Source of the DNA: Candidatus Latescibacterota bacterium
GTDB lineage: Bacteria > Krumholzibacteriota > Krumholzibacteriia > LZORAL124-64-63
DNA: 64,000 nucleotides
Direction of reading: 5' to 3'
Assembly (NCBI GenBank): GCA_030658975.1
Contig: JAUSBL010000105.1
Span: 10,971-74,970 of the forward strand
This document shows, in pieces, positions 28,187 to 37,800 of the stretch. The notes beneath the pieces are model-generated. The model ran no database searches and had not been told where the DNA came from. It worked only from the letters and a program-made list of their open reading frames with translations. Within the stretch, counting starts at the first letter, position 1. Each line of letters begins with the position of its first letter. The translations under genes were made by a program, and so were the position numbers.

Positions 28187-30040
28187 ATGAACCGCACCGC
28201 CCTGGACATCCTGAAATCCGTCTACGGCTACCCCGAGTTCCGCGGCCACCAGGCCGAGGTCGTCGACCACCTGACCGGCGGCGGCGACGCCCTGCTGCTG
28301 ATGCCCACCGGCGGCGGCAAGTCCCTCTGCTACCAGATCCCCGCCCTGCTGCGCGACGGCACCGGTGTGGTGGTCTCGCCCCTGATCGCCCTGATGCAGG
28401 ACCAGGTGGACGCCCTGCGGCAGCTGGGCCTGCGCGCGGCGTTCCTGAACTCCAGCCTGAGCGCCGCCGAGGGGAGGCGTGTCGAAGCGCAGCTGCTGCG
28501 CGGCGAGCTGGACCTGCTCTACGTGGCGCCCGAGCGCCTGCTGCAAGAGCGCACGCTCGAACTGCTGGACGAGGTCGCCCGGGCCCCGGCGCCGTCGGGC
28601 CTGGCCCTGTTCGCCATCGACGAGGCCCACTGCGTCTCCCAGTGGGGACACGACTTTCGCCCGGAGTACCTGCAGCTCGACGTCCTGGCTGAGCGCTACC
28701 CGGACGTGCCGCGCCTGGCCTGCACCGCGACGGCGGACGAGCGCACCCGCGAGGAGATCCTGCAGAACCTGCGGCTGCAGGGCGGGCGCGTATTCGTCGG
28801 CGGCTTCGACCGGCCGAACATCCGCTACCGGGTCGTGCCCAAGGACAACCCGCGCCGCCAGCTGCTGGACTTCCTGCGCGCCGAGCACGCCGGCGACGCG
28901 GGCATCGTCTACTGCCTGGCGCGCAAGAAGACCGAGGAGACGGCGAAGTTCCTCGAAGAGCAGGGCATCCCCGCGGTGCCCTACCACGCGGGGCTCGACG
29001 CCGCGACCCGCCGCCGCCACCAGGAACGCTTCCGGCGCGAGGACGGCCTGGTGGTGTGCGCGACCATCGCCTTCGGCATGGGCATCGACAAACCCGACGT
29101 GCGCTTCGTGGCCCACCTGGACCTGCCCAAGAGCGTCGAGGGCTATTACCAGGAGACGGGACGCGCCGGTCGCGACGGCCTGCCCGCCGACGCCTGGCTC
29201 TGCTACGGCCTGCAGGACGTGGTGATGCTGCGCAAGCTCGTCGACGCCTCCGAGGGCGACGAGATGCACCGCCGGCGCAACCTGCAGCAGCTCGACGCCA
29301 TGCTCGGCTACTGCGAGGTGACCGACTGCCGCCGCCAGCGCCTGCTGGCCTACTTCGGCGAAACGATGGCCGAACCCTGCGGCAACTGCGACACCTGCCT
29401 CGAACCGCCGGACACCTACGACGGCACCGTGGTCGCCCAGAAGGCCCTGTCGTGCGCGGCGCGCACGGGACAGCGCTTCGGCGCCCAGCACGTGATCGAC
29501 GTGCTGCGCGGCAGCGAAAACGAGCGGGTGCGGCGTTTCGGCCACGACCGCCTGTCGACCTACGGGATCGGCGGCGAGCTCGACGACTTCGGCTGGCGCA
29601 GCGTGTTCCGTCAGCTGGTCGCACTGGGGCTGCTGGCCCTGGACCCGGAGGGCTACGGTGGCCTGCGCCTGACGGCGGCCGCCGGGCCCGTGCTCAACGG
29701 GGGGCGCGAACTGCGCCTGCGGCGCGACGTGCTGACGCGGGCGGCGGCGAAGGAGCGCAAGCGCAAGACGCCGGCCGCGCTGACCGTCGATGCGGACGTC
29801 GAGGTGGACGCGGCCACCGCCGCGCTCTTCGAGCGGCTGCGCGTCCTGCGGCACGGGCTGGCCGTGGAGCAGGGCGTGCCGCCGTACGTGATCTTCCACG
29901 ACCGCACGCTGGCGGCCATGGCGCAGCACCGGCCGGCGTCACCCGAGGCTTTCCTGTTGCTGAGCGGGGTGGGGGAGACGAAGCTGCGGCGTTACGGTGA
30001 GTTGTTCATGGCGGAGATCCGCGCCGCCGCCGCCGGTTGA
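28187..30040 (+). CDS. recQ: ATP-dependent DNA helicase RecQ
   Basis: Walker A ([14 protein letters not shown]), DEAH box ([20 protein letters not shown]), RQC zinc-finger cysteines (CRRQ...CGNCDTC) and a C-terminal HRDC-like region. Confidence 0.92.
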   Translation: MNRTALDILKSVYGYPEFRGHQAEVVDHLTGGGDALLLMPTGGGKSLCYQIPALLRDGTGVVVSPLIALMQDQVDALRQLGLRAAFLNSSLSAAEGRRVEAQLLRGELDLLYVAPERLLQERTLELLDEVARAPAPSGLALFAIDEAHCVSQWGHDFRPEYLQLDVLAERYPDVPRLACTATADERTREEILQNLRLQGGRVFVGGFDRPNIRYRVVPKDNPRRQLLDFLRAEHAGDAGIVYCLARKKTEETAKFLEEQGIPAVPYHAGLDAATRRRHQERFRREDGLVVCATIAFGMGIDKPDVRFVAHLDLPKSVEGYYQETGRAGRDGLPADAWLCYGLQDVVMLRKLVDASEGDEMHRRRNLQQLDAMLGYCEVTDCRRQRLLAYFGETMAEPCGNCDTCLEPPDTYDGTVVAQKALSCAARTGQRFGAQHVIDVLRGSENERVRRFGHDRLSTYGIGGELDDFGWRSVFRQLVALGLLALDPEGYGGLRLTAAAGPVLNGGRELRLRRDVLTRAAAKERKRKTPAALTVDADVEVDAATAALFERLRVLRHGLAVEQGVPPYVIFHDRTLAAMAQHRPASPEAFLLLSGVGETKLRRYGELFMAEIRAAAAG

Positions 30041-30061
30041 CGGGGCAGGAGGAGCGAGGCG

Positions 30062-30439
30062 ATGAGACCGGCGGCCAACAGCATCGACGAGTACCTCGAA
30101 GCGCTGGACGACGACCAGCGCCTCGCGCTCGAGCGGCTCCGCAAGGCCATCCACGCCGCCGCGCCAGGGGCCGTGGAGTGCATCAGCTACGGTTTGCCCG
30201 CCTTCCGCTTCGACGGGAAAGCGCTCGTAGCCTTCGGCGCTGCCGTGAAGCACTGCGCATTCTACCCCATGAGCGCCGCCACGGTGGCCGAGTACGCAGA
30301 AGAACTCACTGGTTTCGACACCAGCAAAGGTACGATCCGCTTCCAGCCCGGCAAACCGCTGACGGTGGCGCTGATCCGCAAGCTGGTCAGGGCGCGGATC
30401 GCGGAGAACGCAGATAGACACAGACGCCCGAAGTGTTGA
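30062..30439 (+). CDS. DUF1801 (YdhG-like) domain protein, second copy
   Basis: DUF1801 pattern (IDEYLEAL...QRLALERLRKAI...ISYGLPAF...KALVAF...KHCAFYP). Confidence 0.7.
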   Translation: MRPAANSIDEYLEALDDDQRLALERLRKAIHAAAPGAVECISYGLPAFRFDGKALVAFGAAVKHCAFYPMSAATVAEYAEELTGFDTSKGTIRFQPGKPLTVALIRKLVRARIAENADRHRRPKC

Positions 30440-30554
30440 GTCCTCGCTCGTCCTTTTCGGCAACGTGCTTAACTTGTGGTGTGCCGGACCAGCCGCTTCG
30501 CGGCCCGCCGGCGACCGCGGCATTTAGCCGAACCAGCCGTCCAAGGAGCGCTCG

Positions 30555-30953
30555 ATGAAAACGGGTCTGTGGATCGACCATCGGAAGGCCGTCGTCGTGG
30601 CCGTCAACGGCAAGGAGGATACCACGACGCTGATCGAGTCGAAGGTGGAGAAGCAGCTGCGACGCACCGGCGATTCACCGCTCAAGGGCTCTTTCGAGCC
30701 GACACGGGTGCCCGCGGACGACAGCCGCCAGAGGGCCCTGACGGGGCATCTCAACGTCTACTACGACGAGGTCATCGCGTGCCTGCGCGACGCGGAGTCC
30801 ATCCTGATCTTCGGTCCGGGCGAGGCGAAGAACGAACTGAAAGCCCGGATCGAGGGCGGCCCACTCGACGGGCGCATCGTGGGGTTCGAAAAGACCGACA
30901 AGATGACGGACCGGCAGATCGTCGCCAAGGTCCATCAGCACTTCGCCGGCTAG
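30555..30953 (+). CDS. Hypothetical protein (host-attachment/eRF1-domain-like fold suspected)
   Basis: AAGGAG RBS and a 132-aa ORF. Only a weak resemblance to Host_attach-type proteins, so the family is not asserted. Confidence 0.5.
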   Translation: MKTGLWIDHRKAVVVAVNGKEDTTTLIESKVEKQLRRTGDSPLKGSFEPTRVPADDSRQRALTGHLNVYYDEVIACLRDAESILIFGPGEAKNELKARIEGGPLDGRIVGFEKTDKMTDRQIVAKVHQHFAG

Positions 30954-30980
30954 CGATCCGCGCCGGGCTCCGTGCCTCGT

Positions 30981-33581
30981 CTATCCATCCCGGACCGAAG
31001 CTAGCTCCGCCCGGATCGTGGCCAGCTCGTCGCCGTCGCCCGCGCCCTGATCGGCGATCCGCAACGCCCGCTCGTAGTGCGCGCGCGCTTCCTCCCGCCT
31101 TCCCTGCATCGCGCTGATCCTGCCCAGTTCGATCACCACTTCCAGGACCTGCGGGCTGTCGTCGCCGAAGGCCTGCGTGCGCACGGACAGCGCCGCATCG
31201 AGCAGCGTCCTGGAGTGGGCGGGCTCGCCGGCGTCGCGGTACATGTTGGCCAGGTAGACCTGGGTGTAGGTCGGAGACGGGTGGTCCGCGGGCAGCGCCC
31301 GGGTCAGGATCTCCAGGGCGCGCTGCGCGATGGCGATCGCCTCGGGCAGGCGGCCCAGGTCGGCGAGGTCGCGGGCGTAGTTGCTCAGGGCCATGCCGTA
31401 GTTGGGGTGCTCGGCGCCGACGGCCTTCTCCCAGATCGCCGTCTCGCGTCCGTGGTGGTCGAGCGCCCGTGCGTGATCGCCCTCCGCGCGGCAGAGGTTG
31501 CCCAGCATGTCGAGCGTCTCGGCCACGTCGGTGTGCTCGGGACCGAGCGCGCGTTCCTGCACCGCGAGGGCCTCCTCGCCGAGCTCGCGGGCCCGGACGT
31601 TCTGCTCGCTGTTGGCGTAGAGGGTGCCGAGCGTGGACAGGCTCCAGGCGAGGTCGAGGTCGTCGGGGGCGAGGGCGCGCCGCTGGATCGCGACGACGCG
31701 CTCGAACATCGCGAGCGCCGAGTCGGCTTCCCCCAGACGCCACTGGGCGAGGGCCAGGCCCGAGAGGTGCGACGCATACCGCGGGGAATCGGCGCCGGCG
31801 CTCCCGGCGGTGATGGCGAGGGCGCGCCGGTACAGCTCGCTGGCTTCGGCGAAGCGGCTCTCGTCCACCTCGAGGTTCGCCAGGCCGGTCAGGCTGACGG
31901 CGAGGTCGTCGGGATCGTGGCCCCGCTCGCGGATCGCGAGCGCCGAGCGGTAGTGCTCGCGCGCGGGGCCGAGCTCCCGCAGCCGGCGCAGCAGGCCGGC
32001 CAGGACGTAGTGGCTGCGCGCGACGCGCGGGTGGTCCGGGCCGAGCGTCGCGCGCTCGAGCGTCAGGGCCTGCTCCAGGAGCGGGCGTGATTCGCGGTAC
32101 AGTCCGAGCTGCCGGTAGGCGTTGCCCATCGAGGCCAGCAGCCGCCCGCGCACCTGCGGCTGGTCCGCCAGCTGGGAGTCGATGTCGGCCACCGCGCGGT
32201 CGAGCAGCTCGCGAGCGGTCACGGCCTCGCCGCGGGATTCGCTCGGATCGGCGACGCGGAACACGGATTCCAGGAAGCTCGCCGTCCTCTCGGCGGCGGC
32301 CTCGGCGCGCTTGGCGCGCAGCATGCCGGTGGTGGTCCCGCCGACCGCGGCGACCAGGGCCGCCAGCAGCGTGCCCGCGAACACGATCACCAGACGGTGG
32401 CGGACGACGATCTTGCGCAGCTGGTACGCCGTGCTCGGGGGGCGGCCGAAGATGGGCAGGTTGTCGCGGTGGCGGCGGATGTCCTCGGCGAAGGCCGCGA
32501 CGCTCTGGTAGCGCAGGGCGGGGTCCTTGGCGAGCGCCTTCAGGACGATGGTCTCCAGGTCGCCGCGCAGCAGCCGGCAGAACGCGGAGGGTCGCGCCGG
32601 TTCGTGCTCGCGGATCAGGAGCACCGCCTCGGGCAGCGCGGCGCCGCTCACCTCCACCGGCAGGCGGCCCGTGAGCATCTCGTAGAACAGGACGCCGAGC
32701 GAGTAGATGTCGCTGCGCACGTCGAGGTCGCGCACGTCGCCGCCGGCCTGCTCGGGGCTCATGTAGGCCAGGGTGCCGGCGAAGGAGCGGCCGCCGTGGC
32801 CGAGGGTCGTTTGCCCCGTGTCGCCGCCGGTGATGCGGGCGATGCCGAAATCGAGCACCTTCACCGCGGGCGCCGACGCGTCGCCGGCCGACGGCAATAC
32901 CATGATGTTCGACGGCTTGAGGTCCAGGTGCACGACGCCGCGCTGGTGGGCGTGCGAGATCGCGTCGCAGACCGCGAGGCACAACGCGGTGCGTGTCGCG
33001 AGTTCCGCGCGCGTGTCCGGCGCCGACCTCCCGCGCAGCCAGGCGTCGAGGGACTCGCCGTGCACGCGTTCCATGGCGAACCAGTGCAGGCCGTCGTCGG
33101 TGCGTCCGGCGTCGTGGATGGCGGCGATCCCGGGGTGGTTCAGCCGGCCGAGGCTCTCCGCCTCGCGCCGGAACATGCGCAGCTGCTGGGTGCCCGCGAA
33201 CACGCCGGCGCGCAGCACCTTCAGGGCCACGGTGCGCGGCGGGTGGGACTGGCGCGCCTCGAAGACGACGCCCATGCCTCCCTCGCCGAGCCGCCCGAGG
33301 ATCCGGAAGGGTCCCACCTCCCGGCCGGCGAGATCGCGGTCCGCGCCGTCGGCCGTCGCGCCGGTGGCCAGCAGATCGCCGAAGTGGTCGGGTACGGGAT
33401 GGTCGAGCAGGCCGTCGTCGGTCTCGTCGCAGAGCAGCAGGCTCTCGACCTCTTCGCGCAGCGCGCGATCGTCCCCGGCGAGTTCGGCGAGGCGACCGGC
33501 CCGCTCCTGGGGCGCCAGCGCCAGCAGTTCGTCCAGGATGGCGTCGAGCCGCCGCCAGCGCGCGGCTTCGCCGGGGTTCAC
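30981..33581 (-). CDS. Ser/Thr protein kinase, membrane-anchored, with a C-terminal (periplasmic) TPR array
   Basis: Hanks kinase motifs (GEGGMGVVFEA, ALKVL, HRDLKPSNIMV, DFGIAR, SPEQ). One TM segment (LVIVFAGTLLAALVAAVGG) followed by more than 8 TPR repeats. Its start overlaps the upstream sigma factor stop (ATGA). Confidence 0.88.
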   Translation of the reverse strand: MNPGEAARWRRLDAILDELLALAPQERAGRLAELAGDDRALREEVESLLLCDETDDGLLDHPVPDHFGDLLATGATADGADRDLAGREVGPFRILGRLGEGGMGVVFEARQSHPPRTVALKVLRAGVFAGTQQLRMFRREAESLGRLNHPGIAAIHDAGRTDDGLHWFAMERVHGESLDAWLRGRSAPDTRAELATRTALCLAVCDAISHAHQRGVVHLDLKPSNIMVLPSAGDASAPAVKVLDFGIARITGGDTGQTTLGHGGRSFAGTLAYMSPEQAGGDVRDLDVRSDIYSLGVLFYEMLTGRLPVEVSGAALPEAVLLIREHEPARPSAFCRLLRGDLETIVLKALAKDPALRYQSVAAFAEDIRRHRDNLPIFGRPPSTAYQLRKIVVRHRLVIVFAGTLLAALVAAVGGTTTGMLRAKRAEAAAERTASFLESVFRVADPSESRGEAVTARELLDRAVADIDSQLADQPQVRGRLLASMGNAYRQLGLYRESRPLLEQALTLERATLGPDHPRVARSHYVLAGLLRRLRELGPAREHYRSALAIRERGHDPDDLAVSLTGLANLEVDESRFAEASELYRRALAITAGSAGADSPRYASHLSGLALAQWRLGEADSALAMFERVVAIQRRALAPDDLDLAWSLSTLGTLYANSEQNVRARELGEEALAVQERALGPEHTDVAETLDMLGNLCRAEGDHARALDHHGRETAIWEKAVGAEHPNYGMALSNYARDLADLGRLPEAIAIAQRALEILTRALPADHPSPTYTQVYLANMYRDAGEPAHSRTLLDAALSVRTQAFGDDSPQVLEVVIELGRISAMQGRREEARAHYERALRIADQGAGDGDELATIRAELASVRDG

Positions 33582-34189
33582 GGCTCACCCGGCGCGGACG
33601 ATCCCGCCAGCTCGCGGTGGAGGAAAGCGCGCGCCCGTCGCCAGGCCCGCTTGACGGTGGCGTCGCTCACACCGATCGCCTGCGCCGTCTCCTCGATCGT
33701 CAGGCCGCCGAAATAGCGCAGCTCGACGATGCGCGCCAGCTGGGCGTCCAGACCGGCGAGCCGCGACAGCGCGGCGTCGAGGGCGATGATGTCGCGGGTC
33801 TGGGCTTCGACCGCCGCGTCGGACTCGGTCAGCGGCACGTGTCCGGCGCCGGCGCCGCGCTTGAGGCTCAGCCGCCGGCGCGCGTGGTCCAGCAGGACCT
33901 GGCGCATGGCGGAGGAGGCGACCGCAAAGAAGTGCTGCCGGTCCTCCCAGGCCATCTCGCCGTGGCGCGCTAGCTTCAGGTACGCCTCGTGGACGACCGC
34001 CGAGGTGTCGAGCGTCGGGCTGCGGCGTCCCCGGGCGACCCGCCGGTGGGCGATCTCGCTCACGTCCGCGTAGACCAGTTGAAACGCCTCGTTCAGGGCC
34101 GCGGGGTCCCCGCCGCGGGCGGCGTGCAGCGCCAGCGTGACGTGGTGGGTCCGCGCGGCGTCGTCCTGGAGTGCCCGATCTTCAACCAT
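33578..34189 (-). CDS. ECF-type sigma-70 family factor of the Ser/Thr-kinase-associated class (TIGR02999-like)
   Basis: Region 2 (VVHEAYLKL) and region 4 HTH (LTIEETAQAIGVSDATVKRAWRRARAFL). Translationally coupled to the downstream kinase gene. Confidence 0.8.
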   Translation of the reverse strand: MVEDRALQDDAARTHHVTLALHAARGGDPAALNEAFQLVYADVSEIAHRRVARGRRSPTLDTSAVVHEAYLKLARHGEMAWEDRQHFFAVASSAMRQVLLDHARRRLSLKRGAGAGHVPLTESDAAVEAQTRDIIALDAALSRLAGLDAQLARIVELRYFGGLTIEETAQAIGVSDATVKRAWRRARAFLHRELAGSSAPGEP

Positions 34190-34358
34190 GACAACATGGT
34201 ATCAATCGAATCCTGATTGGCTACAAATTTAGTCCGAAATTCTCACTCCGCGGTGACCCACCGGACTGGATTCCTCCGTTATCCCTCGTGAACAGGGCTG
34301 CCCCGGCGCACCGCCGCGGGTGGCAGGAATCGCAGTTCCGTCCGGCAGGAGGTCCGCC
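34190..34358. promoter_or_regulatory. Divergent promoter region between the ECF sigma operon and the secreted-protein/giant-protease operon
   Basis: Locally AT-rich. Palindrome CAATCgaatcctGATTG at about 34212-34228. TGAAC-type ECF -35-like element at about 34294 on the plus strand. Confidence 0.35.
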
Positions 34359-34820
34359 ATGTCCAGATACCAACAGTGGGTTACGAGCGCGGTCGTGCTC
34401 GTGGCCATCTCGTTCAGCGTCCCCGCCGCTGCCCAGACCGGGAAGGCGCCGGCCGACACGGGGGGCGTCCTGATCGTACCGGATGCGGCCGCCCTGGATG
34501 CCCCGGCGCCTGCGCCGTCCACGCCCCTGGAGCGGGAGGTCGCGGCGATCCGCGCCACCTACCGGACCCGGCTCGCCGAACTCGTCGCGGTCTACGCCGC
34601 CGCCCCGGACGCCGCCGCCGCGTCGGCGGCGCAGCGCGAGATCTCGGCCCACAAGCAGAAGCTCGAGCTGGACCTGCTGGGCCTCCAGCTGCGGTTGGCG
34701 CGCGAGCGCAACGCCACCGACGCGATCGTGGAGCTCGAACAATCCCTGACGGCCGCCCGCGCGCGGCTGGTCGCCGACACCGGTCTCGACGTCCCGGCGG
34801 TCCCCGCCGCCACCCGCTAG
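34359..34820 (+). CDS. Secreted Ala-rich coiled-coil hypothetical protein
   Basis: AGGAGG RBS and signal peptide (MSRYQQWVTSAVVLVAISFSVPAAAQ). Ala/Leu/Glu/Arg-rich helical C-terminal half. Lies 14 bp upstream of the giant HExxH gene. Confidence 0.6.
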   Translation: MSRYQQWVTSAVVLVAISFSVPAAAQTGKAPADTGGVLIVPDAAALDAPAPAPSTPLEREVAAIRATYRTRLAELVAVYAAAPDAAAASAAQREISAHKQKLELDLLGLQLRLARERNATDAIVELEQSLTAARARLVADTGLDVPAVPAATR

Positions 34821-34834
34821 CAGGAGGACCCGTC

Positions 34835-37800
34835 ATGAGGATCATCACACGGGGGCGACGCAGCCCCGCGACCATCCTGCTGCTGCTGGCGTTCGCCGCG
34901 CCGGCCCTCGCCGACATGGGGCCGGAAGTGAAGATGAGACTTCACGCGCCGGACGGCGCCTACCCGGTGGCCGGCCAGACGTTCAGCTTCGATTTCGAGA
35001 TCACGAGCGCGACTTCCTCCACCGTGACGGCGCCCGTCGTGCGCTCCGGCCGCACGCCGGCGGGCGAGTCCGCCTGGGAGGTGGTCAGCTTCCCGCTGCC
35101 GGCCGGCACCCGGCTGGTCGCGATGCAGCCGACGACGATCCCGGTGCAGCTGCAGTGCAACGACCCGGCGCAGCCGATCGAGATCTCCCTGGAGGTCGAA
35201 AACCGCACCGCGATGCAGCGCTTCTACCTGCTGCCGCAGAACCTGAACGCGGCCATGGGCGGCTCCGAGACGATCATGGCCTTCGACAGCGACCAGGGCC
35301 CGGCCTGGACGACGGACGACGAGTTCGCGCGCCCGGATCCCGCGCCCGTCACGCGCAAGAACGTGCGGGACCAGCGCAAGGACATGCCGGCGAACCCCAC
35401 CACCGGCCGCAACATCCGCGTCCGCGGGCGTTTCGTCTACTACCGCAACTCGTACAACGAGGATGGGGACTACCGGGGCGACGGCCTCACCATGGGCGCC
35501 GACGGCGTCACGGTGAACGTCTACGACTCCGACTGGGAGTGGGACGACCTGCTGGCCCAGACTTCCCTGGGACCCGACGGCAATTATGACATCACGTTCT
35601 GGTACGACGACGCCGAGGCCCCGGACATCTACGTGGAGTTCCTGGCCGCCAACAGCAAGGTCGATCTGGTGCACCCGAGCATCTGGAACATCTCCTACTC
35701 GTGGAGCACGCCGACCAAGGAGGACTACAACGGGTCCCACATCAACTGGGGGCTGCGGCACCCGGCGTCCGAGTCGCACTACGCCGGTCTGAACCTGCTG
35801 GCTTCAGCCACGCGCACCTGGCGCTGGCTGAACGCGAACGGTTACGGCGGCATCGACGATCTGCTCATCTCCTGGCCAGACTCCGACTGGCCCCACTACT
35901 CGTCGGACTGGGAGACAATCTACATGCCCGAAGACAAGGAGTGGTACGAGAGCACCGTCTGCCACGAGTATGGCCACCACTGGCAGCAGGAATACACCGA
36001 GGTCGACGGCACCGACTACTGCAACGCCGGCGGTCGCTGCGACGACCCCAACTCGGACTGCCGCCACTGCTTCTGGTGCGAGGAGACCGCGGGCGACGCG
36101 CTGCGGGAGGGTTTCCCCGACTGGATCTCCAACGCGGTGACCGCGTCCTGGCCGTCGTCCTACGGCTTCTCCGCGATCTTCGAGTACGACTGGGAGTCCG
36201 TGAACGTGTGCGGCTGGGACGACCTCGACGAATTCGACGATCCCTGGAAGACCGAAGGCAACATCGCCGCCTTCCTGCAGGACCTGGTCGACGACAACAA
36301 TGAGGTGGACCCGAACGCCCTGTTCGGCGGCGCCGACGTCGCGAACTGGTCGGCGCAACGGATCCTGTCGACCCAGGGCACCTACGACCCCACCACCCCG
36401 GCGGGGCTCATCTCCCGCCTGCGGACGCGCTACCCCGAATCCCGGGACGTCATCTGGATGGCGGCCGCGAACGCGCGTTTCAACGGGCTCGACACGCAGG
36501 CGCCCTCGGCCCTGTCCGGGCTCGCCTCGCTCAGCCACGCCACCTCCGGCGATTCGCCCGACGGCACGGTCGAGCTGGTCTGGAACGCCGCCAGCGACGG
36601 GGATTCCGGCGTCAACGGCTACAGCGTGCGCGTCGGCACCGCCGCCGGCCTGGTCCCGGACGTGACCGTCGAGACGACGGCGACCGCGTGGACCTCGGAC
36701 GACCTCAATCCCGGGACCTACTGGTTCACCGTCCGCGCCGTCGACCGCGCCGGCAACGCGGGCACGCACGCCTCGTTCGGGCCGGTGACCATCCGCAACT
36801 GGACCGCGGCCAACCTCGAGGCCATCGACGGCGGCTACTGGCCCTACCCGGTCGTGCCGCGCATCACCGGCAACTCGACCTACACGAGCGCGCCGCTGCC
36901 GGCGGTGCTGGTCGGCAACGACGACAACACCTACATGAACGTGCGCGTCGGGAATTCCGGCGAGCTCACGAGCAGCCCCATCGTGCGCCTGAACCTCCTG
37001 GTGGACGGCGCGCTGTGGTGGTACTCGAGCATCTACCCGCTGGAAGGCTACCACGACCTCCCCTACATGAACATCGGCCCCTCGGTGGTCAAGGGCGGCC
37101 GCCACGCGGTCATGATGTGGGCGGACGCCCACGAGCAGATGGCCGAAATCGACGAGGCCGACAACATCTTCGTGCGCCAGTTCATCTGGTACCCGCTGTC
37201 CCTCTACACGAACGGCACCTGGGTCGTGCGGCAGCGCCCGCCCGACGCCTGGGGCGGCTTCAACCCGGGCCTGTTCTCCGCCCCGAACTGCGACGGATTC
37301 GCCTTCGCCCTGAACTCCGACCCGTTCGTCGGCGCGGTCATGGTCACCGACGACGACACCTCGGACTTCGATCTGCGGCTGCACGGGCACACGACCGGGC
37401 CGACTTCCGGCTTCGGCTACTTCGACCTCGATGCGTTCAGCGCCCGGCCGGCCGGCTGCATCGAGGGGGTCTTCGTCAACAACAGCCAGACGACGGAGAC
37501 CGTCTTCGACGTCGGGGTCGTCAACCACGACTTCGACGGCTACGGCTTCAAGATCCGCCGGATGTTCAGCACCCTGATGGCGACCGGCAGCGACGTGCGG
37601 TTCCCGCTGAGCCCGATCGAGCCGCTGGCGCTGCGCCACTTCACGATGTCGGGCGGCTCGGGCACCAACTACGGCACGGTCACCCTGCAGGTGGATCCGG
37701 CGGTCGGACCGGTGCGCATGAAGGTCATGCACTCCGGGCTCGCCGACGGGGGCCTCGGCGACATCTGGGACCAGGCCGTCACCGATGCCGACGGGTTCGC

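Noticed and set aside
30772-33588. 938-aa minus-strand ORF in a second frame over the Ser/Thr kinase
   Set aside because: The kinase frame (30981..33581) has all Hanks motifs plus TM and TPR. This frame is poly-Arg/Pro.
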